From a virus (Duplodnaviria; Caudoviricetes): a stretch of DNA of 54,162 nucleotides. Positions 46,210 through 54,162 of this stretch are shown here, in pieces. Below the pieces are notes generated by a model. That model was not told the DNA's origin, did not search any database, and saw nothing but the letters and a program-made list of their open reading frames with translations. The translations under genes were made by a program, and so were the position numbers. Location: positions 1 through 54,162 of the IMG/VR virus record IMGVR_UViG_3300022827_000011; one strand, given 5' to 3'. Numbering within the stretch: position 1 is the first letter of the stretch; each line of letters begins with the position of its first letter.

Positions 46210-46542
46210 TTATTGGGAATAAGGTTCAAACTCGGTGCCAGCGGCTAACAAGCAGCTTGTACCATTTTTATAAACCTGTACCACCGAATATGTACCAGTA
46301 AGTTGATTTACCCGAACTTCAATTACATACATAGTTGTATGAATGTCGTTATCGCGATTGAACCAGTCTTGTGACGCTACTCCTTTAAACAGGGTAAGTT
46401 CGTTGTACTTGCTAGTAAGCTCAATTGATTTTTCATATGTTTCGCAAGGAATTGGAGTAATATTTAAATATTGTTGTGCGGTTGCAGTCGACACACTTGC
46501 AAATAGTGCAATTGCACTAAGTATGTTACGGGGGTTGTTCAT
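46210..46542 (-). CDS. secreted/periplasmic hypothetical protein
   Basis: Signal peptide ending ATA; two Cys; AAGGAG SD. Confidence 0.7.
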   Translation of the reverse strand: MNNPRNILSAIALFASVSTATAQQYLNITPIPCETYEKSIELTSKYNELTLFKGVASQDWFNRDNDIHTTMYVIEVRVNQLTGTYSVVQVYKNGTSCLLAAGTEFEPYSQ

Positions 46543-46602
46543 TTGTATTCTCCTTGTACTTTTATAGTATACGACATTGAGACAACATGCAACCGGTATC
46601 TG

Positions 46603-46851
46603 TTAAGAATAATCTGGAAGACTGCCTCCGTATTGTTTTCCTTTTTGCTTACCTACAATTTTTCTACGTTTTTTACTGCCGCCATACTTGGCTTTAACTT
46701 TGCTGTCACGACCTCTTAACCCTTGACTCTTACATGAACTTAATGCACTGGCTCCTAGGCTGTTGTCACTCCGCGTACTCTTGCAAAGTTCTTTGCTAGC
46801 TTTCCATTCTTCGATATGATCATCTTGTGTTAGTACTTCGTCTATACGCAT
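46603..46851 (-). CDS. small basic virion-associated protein
   Basis: MRIDEV..IEE; LGAS.LSSCKSQGLR; YGG.LPDYS. Confidence 0.7.
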   Translation of the reverse strand: MRIDEVLTQDDHIEEWKASKELCKSTRSDNSLGASALSSCKSQGLRGRDSKVKAKYGGSKKRRKIVGKQKGKQYGGSLPDYS

Positions 46852-46868
46852 AGCATTGCTCCGTTTTA

Positions 46869-48158
46869 TTATTTATCAAGCTTTGGATATACAACGCGCC
46901 CGATTGGTGATTCTATTTTGAGTATACGAGTCTTGCCGGAAAACTTTACATCTCGGTCGATGCGACGAGTATTTGCTCCTTCGCCTCTAGTATCGGGAGA
47001 AACTTGCCTCATTAATTTTCCAAGTAATTCTTCCATGTTTTCTCTGATAGAATCAAACGCGTCAAACCCAACTGCATTCCATCGATCTCGAGGATCGCTG
47101 TACGTACTTGCGCGTTTTAATAATAGTATGGCCATTTGTTTAATAATATCAAAGGCCGCCTGTCTAGGAGTGCTATGCTTTTTTAATATTACTATAGTTT
47201 CTGTCGCTATACTATTCGATGCCTTGTCAAGGTTTGCTATCATTTCATCAATTGCCCATCCTTCGTCTGGATAATTCATTCCGTCGTACGGCGATTTTTC
47301 TTTTGCAAATTTTCTTTCAAAGTCTCGAGGTATTATATTGCTGGATCGATTTGGAGCCTTTTGTGCTAGGGTACGCATGACTTTTTTAGCAGCATCTGAT
47401 ATGGACGCTGCAATTCCGTCTTCGTCGGTGTCGGAGCTGCCTTTTACATATTGTAGCGTTATCAATGCCGGATATCCTCCATGAGTGCCTATTGCATCAT
47501 TTGCAATTTCCTTGGCAAACTCTACATTGTCGGCTACGTATACTCCGCCCATACTAGCTGTGCTTGCACCGTAGGTGTCGGTGTCGTATGTTTTCTTAGG
47601 AGGTCGAGCCAATAGTCCATTTTTAAGTATACTAGGCACCAATGCACTACTAGTTCCGTGATACATTATTTGAGTGCGCTGTTGCTGACGTTCGTATATC
47701 TTTGTAGATTCAAGTAATACATCGAACTTTAATCGTAAATATGTTTTAAACTTTTCAAAATTAACAGTGTTGTCAAATATATAAAGTTGCGAATACGAAA
47801 GCTTTCTCCGACGAGAATCTGGATAAGTTTTATCATTGCTAAACGTATAATTGTTGCTTGTAATTTTTTCTAACACTGCCTGCGACGCATTACCTAGTAT
47901 ATGCAATTGGCCAGTGGCATCTAACATTAAGAACATGTAATCGTAAGCATTTCCAATTTGTGCATCTTTGATTGCTAGTGTTTGTAATTTTTCTAAAATT
48001 TTAATACTCTTTTGATCAACTGATTCGCAAAGTGTAACTCCTATCAATTCTGCTTCAACTAAGTCAAGGTACAACGAGTAATCTTGTATGCCATTAAAAT
48101 CTTCTAATATTAACGGATAGTGATCTATAGAAAAGTTGTGATATCTCATAATAGTCAT
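46869..48158 (-). CDS. protein with ADP-ribosyltransferase-like domain
   Basis: MYHGTS...ILKNGL...GVY motif. Confidence 0.55.
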   Translation of the reverse strand: MTIMRYHNFSIDHYPLILEDFNGIQDYSLYLDLVEAELIGVTLCESVDQKSIKILEKLQTLAIKDAQIGNAYDYMFLMLDATGQLHILGNASQAVLEKITSNNYTFSNDKTYPDSRRRKLSYSQLYIFDNTVNFEKFKTYLRLKFDVLLESTKIYERQQQRTQIMYHGTSSALVPSILKNGLLARPPKKTYDTDTYGASTASMGGVYVADNVEFAKEIANDAIGTHGGYPALITLQYVKGSSDTDEDGIAASISDAAKKVMRTLAQKAPNRSSNIIPRDFERKFAKEKSPYDGMNYPDEGWAIDEMIANLDKASNSIATETIVILKKHSTPRQAAFDIIKQMAILLLKRASTYSDPRDRWNAVGFDAFDSIRENMEELLGKLMRQVSPDTRGEGANTRRIDRDVKFSGKTRILKIESPIGRVVYPKLDK

Positions 48159-48221
48159 TAATCCTTGAGTTGCATGTATATTGTAATTACATCGCCTATT
48201 TTCATGTTAATTCATCTCTAA

Positions 48222-49592
48222 TCATTCCGGGCGGATCATTCCAGCCAGCCAGGCATACTTAGGATCCATTGCTATTAGTTCCCTTGCAATTTTGTTGTTG
48301 ATGATATTTCCATTGGCCATAAAATGAACAGCAATTTGACGGGCACCGCGATCGCCGTACAAGTCTATGAACCATCGATAAAACTCATAGTCCAACGAAA
48401 TTCTATTGTAGACAAATTGATCTAGCCAGCTAGAAATTGCTCCAAATGTGATTGTTCCGTCTGGGCGTCGATCTGGACCGCCGTCGTCTTCGTCCATTTC
48501 TAAATACGACGTGGTAGCACGTATAATAGTTTTTGTCGAGACCGGGCCATTAACATTAAAGATTATATAAGGGCTACCTTCTAATGCATAATTTACTATT
48601 TCGTCACTAGGATTAGCAATATCTCTTATCAAAAACGGATCTTGGTCAATTACTATGCGCTGCACATCTTCGCTAGGATTGCGTATATATTGCAGAGCCG
48701 CTGACGATTTTTTAACAGCTTGCAAGGTACTACGGTCAGTTAGATTACTAATATATTTTAGCATAAATAATGCGTGATTTACGACCAATGTTTGCATGTT
48801 TTGATCTAATTCTATCATATTCTCGTCATTAATTAAAACATACATATAAGCTCTAGTGAATACTGGATCTTTTACAGATAGTAACGATGTTTCAATACTC
48901 GGATCTCTTTGAGGGTTGTCCACTCTTTGATTTTTATTACGAAATTCTTCTATTACCCGCTCTAATTCTTCTTTGTCATATCTCATATTACTTCTTGCAG
49001 TATTTACTTTGCCATAGGCTTCTGTACCACTGGACACCATTTGAACATACTTGTCACTGTCTATGCCGGTTTGTCTGTCAAATTCCTGTTTGGTTAAGGT
49101 TCTATCATTTTTGTCAAAATACTCCATTTCGTCATGTACTGCAATTGCCCATTTGTTGCCTGTTTGTTTTTGTAAGAAGTAAATTAAAGTAACACCTGTG
49201 TCTCTGAAATATTGTTCAAAATTACTTTGAGTTTGCTTAGTAGTACACCAGTCTGTATCTTTTCCATGAAAGCAACTAGCATCTTTGTTCAATGGAACTA
49301 CTATTAACCATTGGTCGTTTTCAGCTAGAATATGACTGTCGCCTTTTCCTACAGCTTTCTTTTGCTGAGTTTGACTCTTTTGTTGACTTTTTGCTGTGAC
49401 AAATTGTTGAAAACGAGACCAGTCTTGTTTTCCCCACCAATCGATATTACGCTCATTTCCTCGAACTTGATTTCTATTAACTAGTTCTTTGTAAGATGCT
49501 ATGATTTTATTTACAGCATCCGGATCTGCCGACTGTGCAAACTTCTGTGCTACTTCTTTATAACCTTCGACTATTATTTCGTAAACTTTCAT
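48222..49592 (-). CDS. large hypothetical protein with WCT domain and DUF4116-like repeats
   Basis: ASCFHG.DT.WCT; ALQYIRNPSEDVQ-type repeats. Confidence 0.8.
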   Translation of the reverse strand: MKVYEIIVEGYKEVAQKFAQSADPDAVNKIIASYKELVNRNQVRGNERNIDWWGKQDWSRFQQFVTAKSQQKSQTQQKKAVGKGDSHILAENDQWLIVVPLNKDASCFHGKDTDWCTTKQTQSNFEQYFRDTGVTLIYFLQKQTGNKWAIAVHDEMEYFDKNDRTLTKQEFDRQTGIDSDKYVQMVSSGTEAYGKVNTARSNMRYDKEELERVIEEFRNKNQRVDNPQRDPSIETSLLSVKDPVFTRAYMYVLINDENMIELDQNMQTLVVNHALFMLKYISNLTDRSTLQAVKKSSAALQYIRNPSEDVQRIVIDQDPFLIRDIANPSDEIVNYALEGSPYIIFNVNGPVSTKTIIRATTSYLEMDEDDGGPDRRPDGTITFGAISSWLDQFVYNRISLDYEFYRWFIDLYGDRGARQIAVHFMANGNIINNKIARELIAMDPKYAWLAGMIRPE

Positions 49593-49819
49593 AGTATCCT
49601 CTTAGTTATATGTTTACCACGTATGCGTTGATGCCAAAATATTCCCTTACTAGGAGCAGCAATCCATGCAGCATATAATGCTTTGTTAACATTTTGAACT
49701 CGAAATCTCCGTCCGTTACTCAATGCCATTACTACGCTCTGATTGGGATTTAATGTAATGTTAGTTATCCAGCTACTAACTACTGGCGCTTCGCACATAA
49801 TGATTTCAAATATCTTCAT
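49589..49819 (-). CDS. KTSC domain protein
   Basis: V.SSWI..I....NV...Y...I.APSKG.F....IRG. Confidence 0.8.
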   Translation of the reverse strand: MKIFEIIMCEAPVVSSWITNITLNPNQSVVMALSNGRRFRVQNVNKALYAAWIAAPSKGIFWHQRIRGKHITKRIL

Positions 49820-49838
49820 ATAAGTATTTATAACTTGG

Positions 49839-49867
49839 TTGACAATGTTGACAAAAAGTTATACATT
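49839..49867 (+). promoter_or_regulatory. sigma70 promoter for the first half of the repeat-gene array
   Basis: TTGACA-17-TACATT. Confidence 0.6.
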
Positions 49868-49920
49868 CACACAATTCAATTAGAAAGTAACAGAGCAGAT
49901 TTAATGAAAGCAACATATTA

Positions 49921-50244
49921 ATGAGAGTTACTACACTCGAAACTGCAAATAAAAACTGTAGAGTATATCAACTAGGCTGGTGTTATCCTATATATATCCA
50001 GAATTTTTACCATTTTGAAAAATCTAAGAGCGTACTGATCCGGACATTCGGCGATCCGGCTTTTAAATATCAGTTTAATAAATGCAGTCTTTCTGTAAAG
50101 GATAGGTACACCTACTACTATCCGAAACAACGACGTTGGTTTGCTGGTAATCGCCTGTGGAACAACACTTCGCCGCGTGACTATTGGCTAGTTTTTAGAA
50201 GCAATGCCGATAGAACACTGGCGCTATTGATGCTGCCTTTATGA
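49921..50244 (+). CDS. hypothetical protein
   Basis: Ends DRTLALLMLPL; ATGA-coupled to the array. Confidence 0.7.
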   Translation: MRVTTLETANKNCRVYQLGWCYPIYIQNFYHFEKSKSVLIRTFGDPAFKYQFNKCSLSVKDRYTYYYPKQRRWFAGNRLWNNTSPRDYWLVFRSNADRTLALLMLPL

Positions 50245-50666
50245 ATCCAGAAGTTGACGCATATGGCACACAAAGATGGTATGAGAACGGCAAACTACAT
50301 AGGATTGATGCACCTGCTTTAATATATGCAAATGGTGATCAATCTTGGTACAAGAACGGCAAACTGCATAGGATTGATGGCCCTGCAGTAATAAGAGATG
50401 GCACACAATCTTGGTACAAAAAAGGTGTACTGCATAGAACAGATGGTGCTGCTGCGATTTATGCAGGTGGTGATCAATTTTGGTACAGAGACGATGTACT
50501 GCATAGAACAGATGGTCCGGCTGTAATTTATGCAGATGGCACACAAGAATGGTACTTAGATAATATTCGTTACAAATTTGCCCAATGGATCGAGTTGACA
50601 CCACTCAACAATAATGCTAAGTTGTTGTTGCAAATCCAATGGAGCAACAATGAATCCAGTAGTTGA
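50241..50666 (+). CDS. LHRxDGPA (MORN-like) repeat protein 1, 4 repeats
   Basis: ~23-aa repeats of the form WYxNGxLHRxDGPAxIxAxG. Confidence 0.88.
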   Translation: MNPEVDAYGTQRWYENGKLHRIDAPALIYANGDQSWYKNGKLHRIDGPAVIRDGTQSWYKKGVLHRTDGAAAIYAGGDQFWYRDDVLHRTDGPAVIYADGTQEWYLDNIRYKFAQWIELTPLNNNAKLLLQIQWSNNESSS

Positions 50667-51066
50667 CAAATACGGAACACAACGGTGGTACACGAACGGT
50701 GTACTGCATAGGACTGATGGCCCTTCTGTAATATGGGCAGATGGTGATCAATTTTGGTACCTCAACGGCAAACTGCATAGAACAGATGCTCCTGCTGTAA
50801 TAGATGCAAGTGGTGATCAATATTGGTACAAGAACGGCAAACTGCATAGGACCAATGGCCCTGCTGTAATTTATGCGAATGGAGATCAACTTTGGTACAT
50901 GAACGATGTACTGCATAGGACCGATGGCCCTGCTGTAATATGTGCAAATGGCACACAACTTTGGTACCTAGACGATACTTTTTACAGTTTCGCCCAATGG
51001 CTCAAGTTGACACCACTCGATGATAATGCCAAGTTGTTGTTGCAAATCCAATGGAGTTCACAATGA
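50650..51066 (+). CDS. LHRxDGPA repeat protein 2, 4 repeats
   Basis: Start MNPVVD after GGAG. Confidence 0.88.
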   Translation: MNPVVDKYGTQRWYTNGVLHRTDGPSVIWADGDQFWYLNGKLHRTDAPAVIDASGDQYWYKNGKLHRTNGPAVIYANGDQLWYMNDVLHRTDGPAVICANGTQLWYLDDTFYSFAQWLKLTPLDDNAKLLLQIQWSSQ

Positions 51067-51254
51067 CTAATTATATTATTTGTATTATTAATTGGAACGT
51101 AAAGCATTTGCAGAAACAGTTACACGGGTGTCCTTATGCAATCGAATACAAATATAATAACGGTCGTGCATGTGATCATCGTATGGTTGTAAAATGCCGG
51201 GCATACAAATATCTAGTAGTCCGGCTCAGATTAGCCGGATTAATAAAGAATTAA
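51063..51254 (+). CDS. hypothetical protein
   Basis: ATGA-coupled, GGAG SD. Confidence 0.6.
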   Translation: MTNYIICIINWNVKHLQKQLHGCPYAIEYKYNNGRACDHRMVVKCRAYKYLVVRLRLAGLIKN

Positions 51255-51375
51255 TAGTTACAAGTATTTCTCATCAATGGTTTATAGGAGCAAACCTGTC
51301 ACATCGTAATAATAAAACTTATATTATTGCTTTTGTTAATCTTAATCACAGAAATTGGGCTTGTTTATTGTAAGG

Positions 51376-51558
51376 TTACTTAACAATCGGTAGTCGAAAG
51401 GTTAACACACTTCTAGGACCGCGAGTGGTATTAATTTTAATTTCGCCAGTTTTGTCAAAATATTCAATTTTAGTAATAACTGCTGATTGATTATTAGGAC
51501 CTACTAAAATTGTTTGACCTAGTTCCAGTTCTACGTTCACACGAGTAAGGGTGCTCAT
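51376..51558 (-). CDS. small hypothetical late protein
   Basis: AAGGAG SD and AATAAATA upstream. Confidence 0.7.
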   Translation of the reverse strand: MSTLTRVNVELELGQTILVGPNNQSAVITKIEYFDKTGEIKINTTRGPRSVLTFRLPIVK

Positions 51559-51595
51559 TATATTCTCCTTGACTTACTTGGTATTTATTCCTTGG

Positions 51596-51624
51596 TTGAC
51601 ATTGGTGTGTTAAAGTTGTATATA
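51596..51624 (+). promoter_or_regulatory. sigma70 promoter for the second half of the repeat-gene array
   Basis: TTGACA-17-TATATA. Confidence 0.6.
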
Positions 51625-51764
51625 ACAGTAGTATCTAAGCAATCAACTTTAATACAAAATACGTCTACTACAGTCTATGCATATAGATAACCGATACTAT
51701 CTGGTCCTTGAATTGATAGCATCTGTTCTAATTTTAAATAATGATAAATTTCAGTGGTGCAAAA

Positions 51765-52193
51765 ATGAATCCAATAATTGACAAATTTGGTACAAAGCGA
51801 TGGTACAAGAACGAGCTGTTACATAAAGACCACGGTCCGGCTATAATTTATGCAAATGGCTCACAAGAATGGTACAACAACGGTGTACTGCATAGAATGG
51901 ATGGGCCTGCTGTGATCGACGCGGATGGAGATCGATTTTGGTTCAGAGACGGCAACCTGCATAGGACCGATGGCCCTGCTGCAATTTATGCAAGTGGTGA
52001 TCAATTTTGGTTCAGGGACGGTGTACGTCATAGAATCGATGGTCCTGCTATAACATATGCAAGTGGTGATCAAGAATGGTACAAGGACGGCAAACAATAC
52101 AGTTTCACCCAATGGCTCGAGTTGACACCACTCAACAATAATGCTAAGTTGTTGTTGCAAATCCAATGGAGCGATCATGAATCCAGTAGTTGA
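51765..52193 (+). CDS. LHRxDGPA repeat protein 3, 4 repeats
   Basis: Start MNPIID. Confidence 0.88.
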   Translation: MNPIIDKFGTKRWYKNELLHKDHGPAIIYANGSQEWYNNGVLHRMDGPAVIDADGDRFWFRDGNLHRTDGPAAIYASGDQFWFRDGVRHRIDGPAITYASGDQEWYKDGKQYSFTQWLELTPLNNNAKLLLQIQWSDHESSS

Positions 52194-52536
52194 CGCACAT
52201 GGCACACAACGATGGTACATCAACGATGTACTGCATAGGACTAATGGTGCTGCTGTAATACTTGCAAGTGGCAAACAATATTGGTACAAGAACGGCAAAC
52301 TGCATAGGACCGATGGCCCTGCTGCAATTTATGCAAGTGGCACACAAGAATGGTACATGAACGGAGAACTGCATAGAACCAACGGTCCTGCTATAATTTA
52401 TGCAAGTGGCACACAATATTGGTACTTAGATAATATTCGTTACAGGTTCAACCAATGGATCGAGTTGACACCACTTGATGACAATGCCAAACTGTTGTTG
52501 CAAATCCAGTGGAGCAACAATGAATCCAGTAGTTGA
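52177..52536 (+). CDS. LHRxDGPA repeat protein 4, 3 repeats
   Basis: Start MNPVVD after GGAG. Confidence 0.88.
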   Translation: MNPVVDAHGTQRWYINDVLHRTNGAAVILASGKQYWYKNGKLHRTDGPAAIYASGTQEWYMNGELHRTNGPAIIYASGTQYWYLDNIRYRFNQWIELTPLDDNAKLLLQIQWSNNESSS

Positions 52537-52879
52537 CAAAGATGGCACACACGAATGGTACCTCAACGGAGATCTGCATAGGACCGATGGGCCTGCTGTA
52601 ATACATGCAAATGGTGATCAAATTTGGTATGAGAACGGAGATCTGCATAGAACGGATGGCCCTGCTGCAACTTACGCAGACGGCACACAAAGATGGTATG
52701 AGAACGGCAAACTGCATAGAATCAATGGTCCTGCTGCGATTTATGCAAGTGGTGATCAAGAATGGTACAAGGACGGCAAACAATACAGTTTCACCCAATG
52801 GCTTGAGTTGACACCACTTGATAATAATGCTAAGTTGTTGCTGCAAATCCAATGGAGCGATCATGAATCCAGTAGTTGA
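52520..52879 (+). CDS. LHRxDGPA repeat protein 5, 3 repeats
   Basis: Start MNPVVD after GGAG. Confidence 0.88.
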   Translation: MNPVVDKDGTHEWYLNGDLHRTDGPAVIHANGDQIWYENGDLHRTDGPAATYADGTQRWYENGKLHRINGPAAIYASGDQEWYKDGKQYSFTQWLELTPLDNNAKLLLQIQWSDHESSS

Positions 52880-53138
52880 CGAATATGGCACACAAAGATG
52901 GTATGAGAACGGCAAACTGCATAGAATCAATGCACCTGCTGCAATTTATGCAAGTGGTGATCAATTTTGGTACAAGAACGGCAAACTGCATAGAATCAAT
53001 GCACCTGCTGTAATATGTGCAAATGGTGATCAATATTGGTGCCTAGACCACAAACAATACAGTTTTAACCAATGGCTCGAGTTGACACCCCTCGATGATA
53101 ATGCTAAGTTGTTGTTGCAACTCAAATACAGTACCTAA
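52863..53138 (+). CDS. LHRxDGPA repeat protein 6, 2 repeats
   Basis: Start MNPVVD; ends LLLQLKYST. Confidence 0.88.
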   Translation: MNPVVDEYGTQRWYENGKLHRINAPAAIYASGDQFWYKNGKLHRINAPAVICANGDQYWCLDHKQYSFNQWLELTPLDDNAKLLLQLKYST

Positions 53139-53397
53139 TCTCAAACCAATCTAATAAGGATACTGCTGTGCAATCTTCAATCTCAAACCACTCGCCTGAG
53201 GAATTTCTCCACACCCCTACTTCTAAATGTAACTGAGCTTCTAGAACCCTTACTTGAAGAGGATCGACTTTTAGTCGATGTAATAAGGTTAATGGAGTAC
53301 TACTACCGGTGCATAAACTGCGTAGTCTATTCACCGGATCCTTTGAGAACCCAAATTTTACTGCGCCTGCGCCGTTACTGATACAATACAAATACAT
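53122..53397 (-). CDS. GIY-YIG-like (T5orf172/MUG113) domain protein
   Basis: YLY.I...VKFG.S.DP..RL..L.TG...E..LH...GEWF. Confidence 0.85.
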   Translation of the reverse strand: MYLYCISNGAGAVKFGFSKDPVNRLRSLCTGSSTPLTLLHRLKVDPLQVRVLEAQLHLEVGVWRNSSGEWFEIEDCTAVSLLDWFEIRYCI

Positions 53398-53440
53398 GCT
53401 GTACTTAGCTGAGACAAACTGATCTGTATAAGATTATGAT

Positions 53441-53723
53441 AAGGCCCCGCTGCTAACATACGCAAGTAACACATACACATAACCCAATGACCCCGCTGCT
53501 AACATACGCAAGTAACACATACACACAAACAAAAGGCCCCGCTGCTATAACATACACATACACACAAACAAAAGGCCCCGCGTCTAACATACACAATTAA
53601 TACATACACATAACCCAATGACCCCGCTGCTAACATACGCAAGTAACACATACACACAAACAAAAGGCCCCGCTGCTAACATACGCAAGTAACACATACA
53701 CACAAACAAAAGGCCCCGCTGCT
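53441..53723. repeat. ~46-bp tandem repeat with 7 CCCCGC cores
   Basis: Unit CCCCGCTGCTAACATACGCAAGTAACACATACACACAAACAAAAGG and variants. Confidence 0.9.
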
Positions 53724-53934
53724 AGGGAACAGCTAAACACTGCAATGATACTAAAAGACCTGCTAGGAATATGCTGTAATAACATACTAACACATATACA
53801 AAACAATGTCAAATAATTAAAAATAATTATACTTGCATACAGTGAGAACTCTAGTAGTGTAGAGTACGCTCTTATCTATTAAAGAACACGCAGAAGAAAT
53901 GCTTAAAACTTTTAGAGAGTACACGGTACGAGAA

Positions 53935-54162
53935 TGCTGGAAAACGCATAAGGAGATTCTGGAGAACGCAAGAAAAGTAAAGAAAAGTAAAGAAAAGTAA
54001 AGGAAAGTAAAGGAGATTCTGGAGAACGCAAGAAAAGTAAAGGAGATTCTGGAGAACGCAAGAAAAGTAAAGGAGATTCTGGAGAACGCAAGAAAAGTAA
54101 AGGAAAGTAAAGGAGATTCTGGAGAACGCAAGAAAAGTAAAGGAAAGTAAAGGAGATTCAGG
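53935..54162. repeat. purine-rich nested 10/30-bp tandem repeat running off the window end
   Basis: AAGGAGATTCTGGAGAACGC interspersed with 1-4 copies of AAG(A/G)AAAGTA. Confidence 0.9.

Noticed and set aside
50239-53033. Antisense and alternative-frame ORFs in the repeat array, and the MLSCCCK... N-terminal extensions
   Set aside because: Shadows of the 69-nt repeat; the true starts are MNP.. preceded by GGAG.
50241-53138. Diversity-generating retroelement
   Set aside because: No reverse transcriptase or non-coding template repeat in the window, and differences are not confined to adenines.
53441-54162. CRISPR array, and ORFs 53630-53812 and 53817-54131
   Set aside because: Repeat units abut without unique spacers and there are no cas genes; the ORFs are repeat translations.
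1-54162. Stop-codon reassignment
   Set aside because: Conserved genes (nrdB, hemA, tilS, infA) are intact in code 11, TAA, TAG and TGA all end genes, and there is no intact suppressor tRNA.

Overview
This window is a gene-dense, AT-rich segment of a large (jumbo-type) dsDNA phage genome, coded mostly on the minus strand and read with the standard genetic code. The host is inferred to be an alphaproteobacterium from a permuted two-piece tmRNA, a Shemin-pathway ALA synthase, a hemO/pcyX-type cassette and DUF1127 proteins. From left to right it contains: (1) a minus-strand tRNA array with about 10 plausible tRNAs plus several decayed or tRNA-like copies, interleaved with unannotated structured RNAs (a GOLLD/ROOL-like RNA with a nested tRNA-like domain, a 181-nt 6S-like rod, a duplicated small motif, and a ~350-nt RNA at 5.5-5.85 kb); (2) early accessory genes with a translation toolkit (Pth2, TilS, IF-1, bS21, L7/L12-CTD protein, ClpS, tmRNA) and heme oxygenase plus a bilin reductase; (3) nucleotide metabolism, with nrdB, glutaredoxin and an nrdA that carries one cis mini-intein and is fractured by a naturally split intein at the catalytic cysteine; (4) late/virion genes behind ATAAATA promoters, including a probable -1 frameshift fusion and a shared N-terminal capsid-targeting-like motif; (5) a DUF1127/DUF3563 small-protein operon, then hemA-ybaN; (6) six translationally coupled mosaic paralogs built from LHRxDGPA repeats; (7) two non-coding tandem repeat blocks at the right end. 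All family calls come from motif recognition by eye; no database searches were run.
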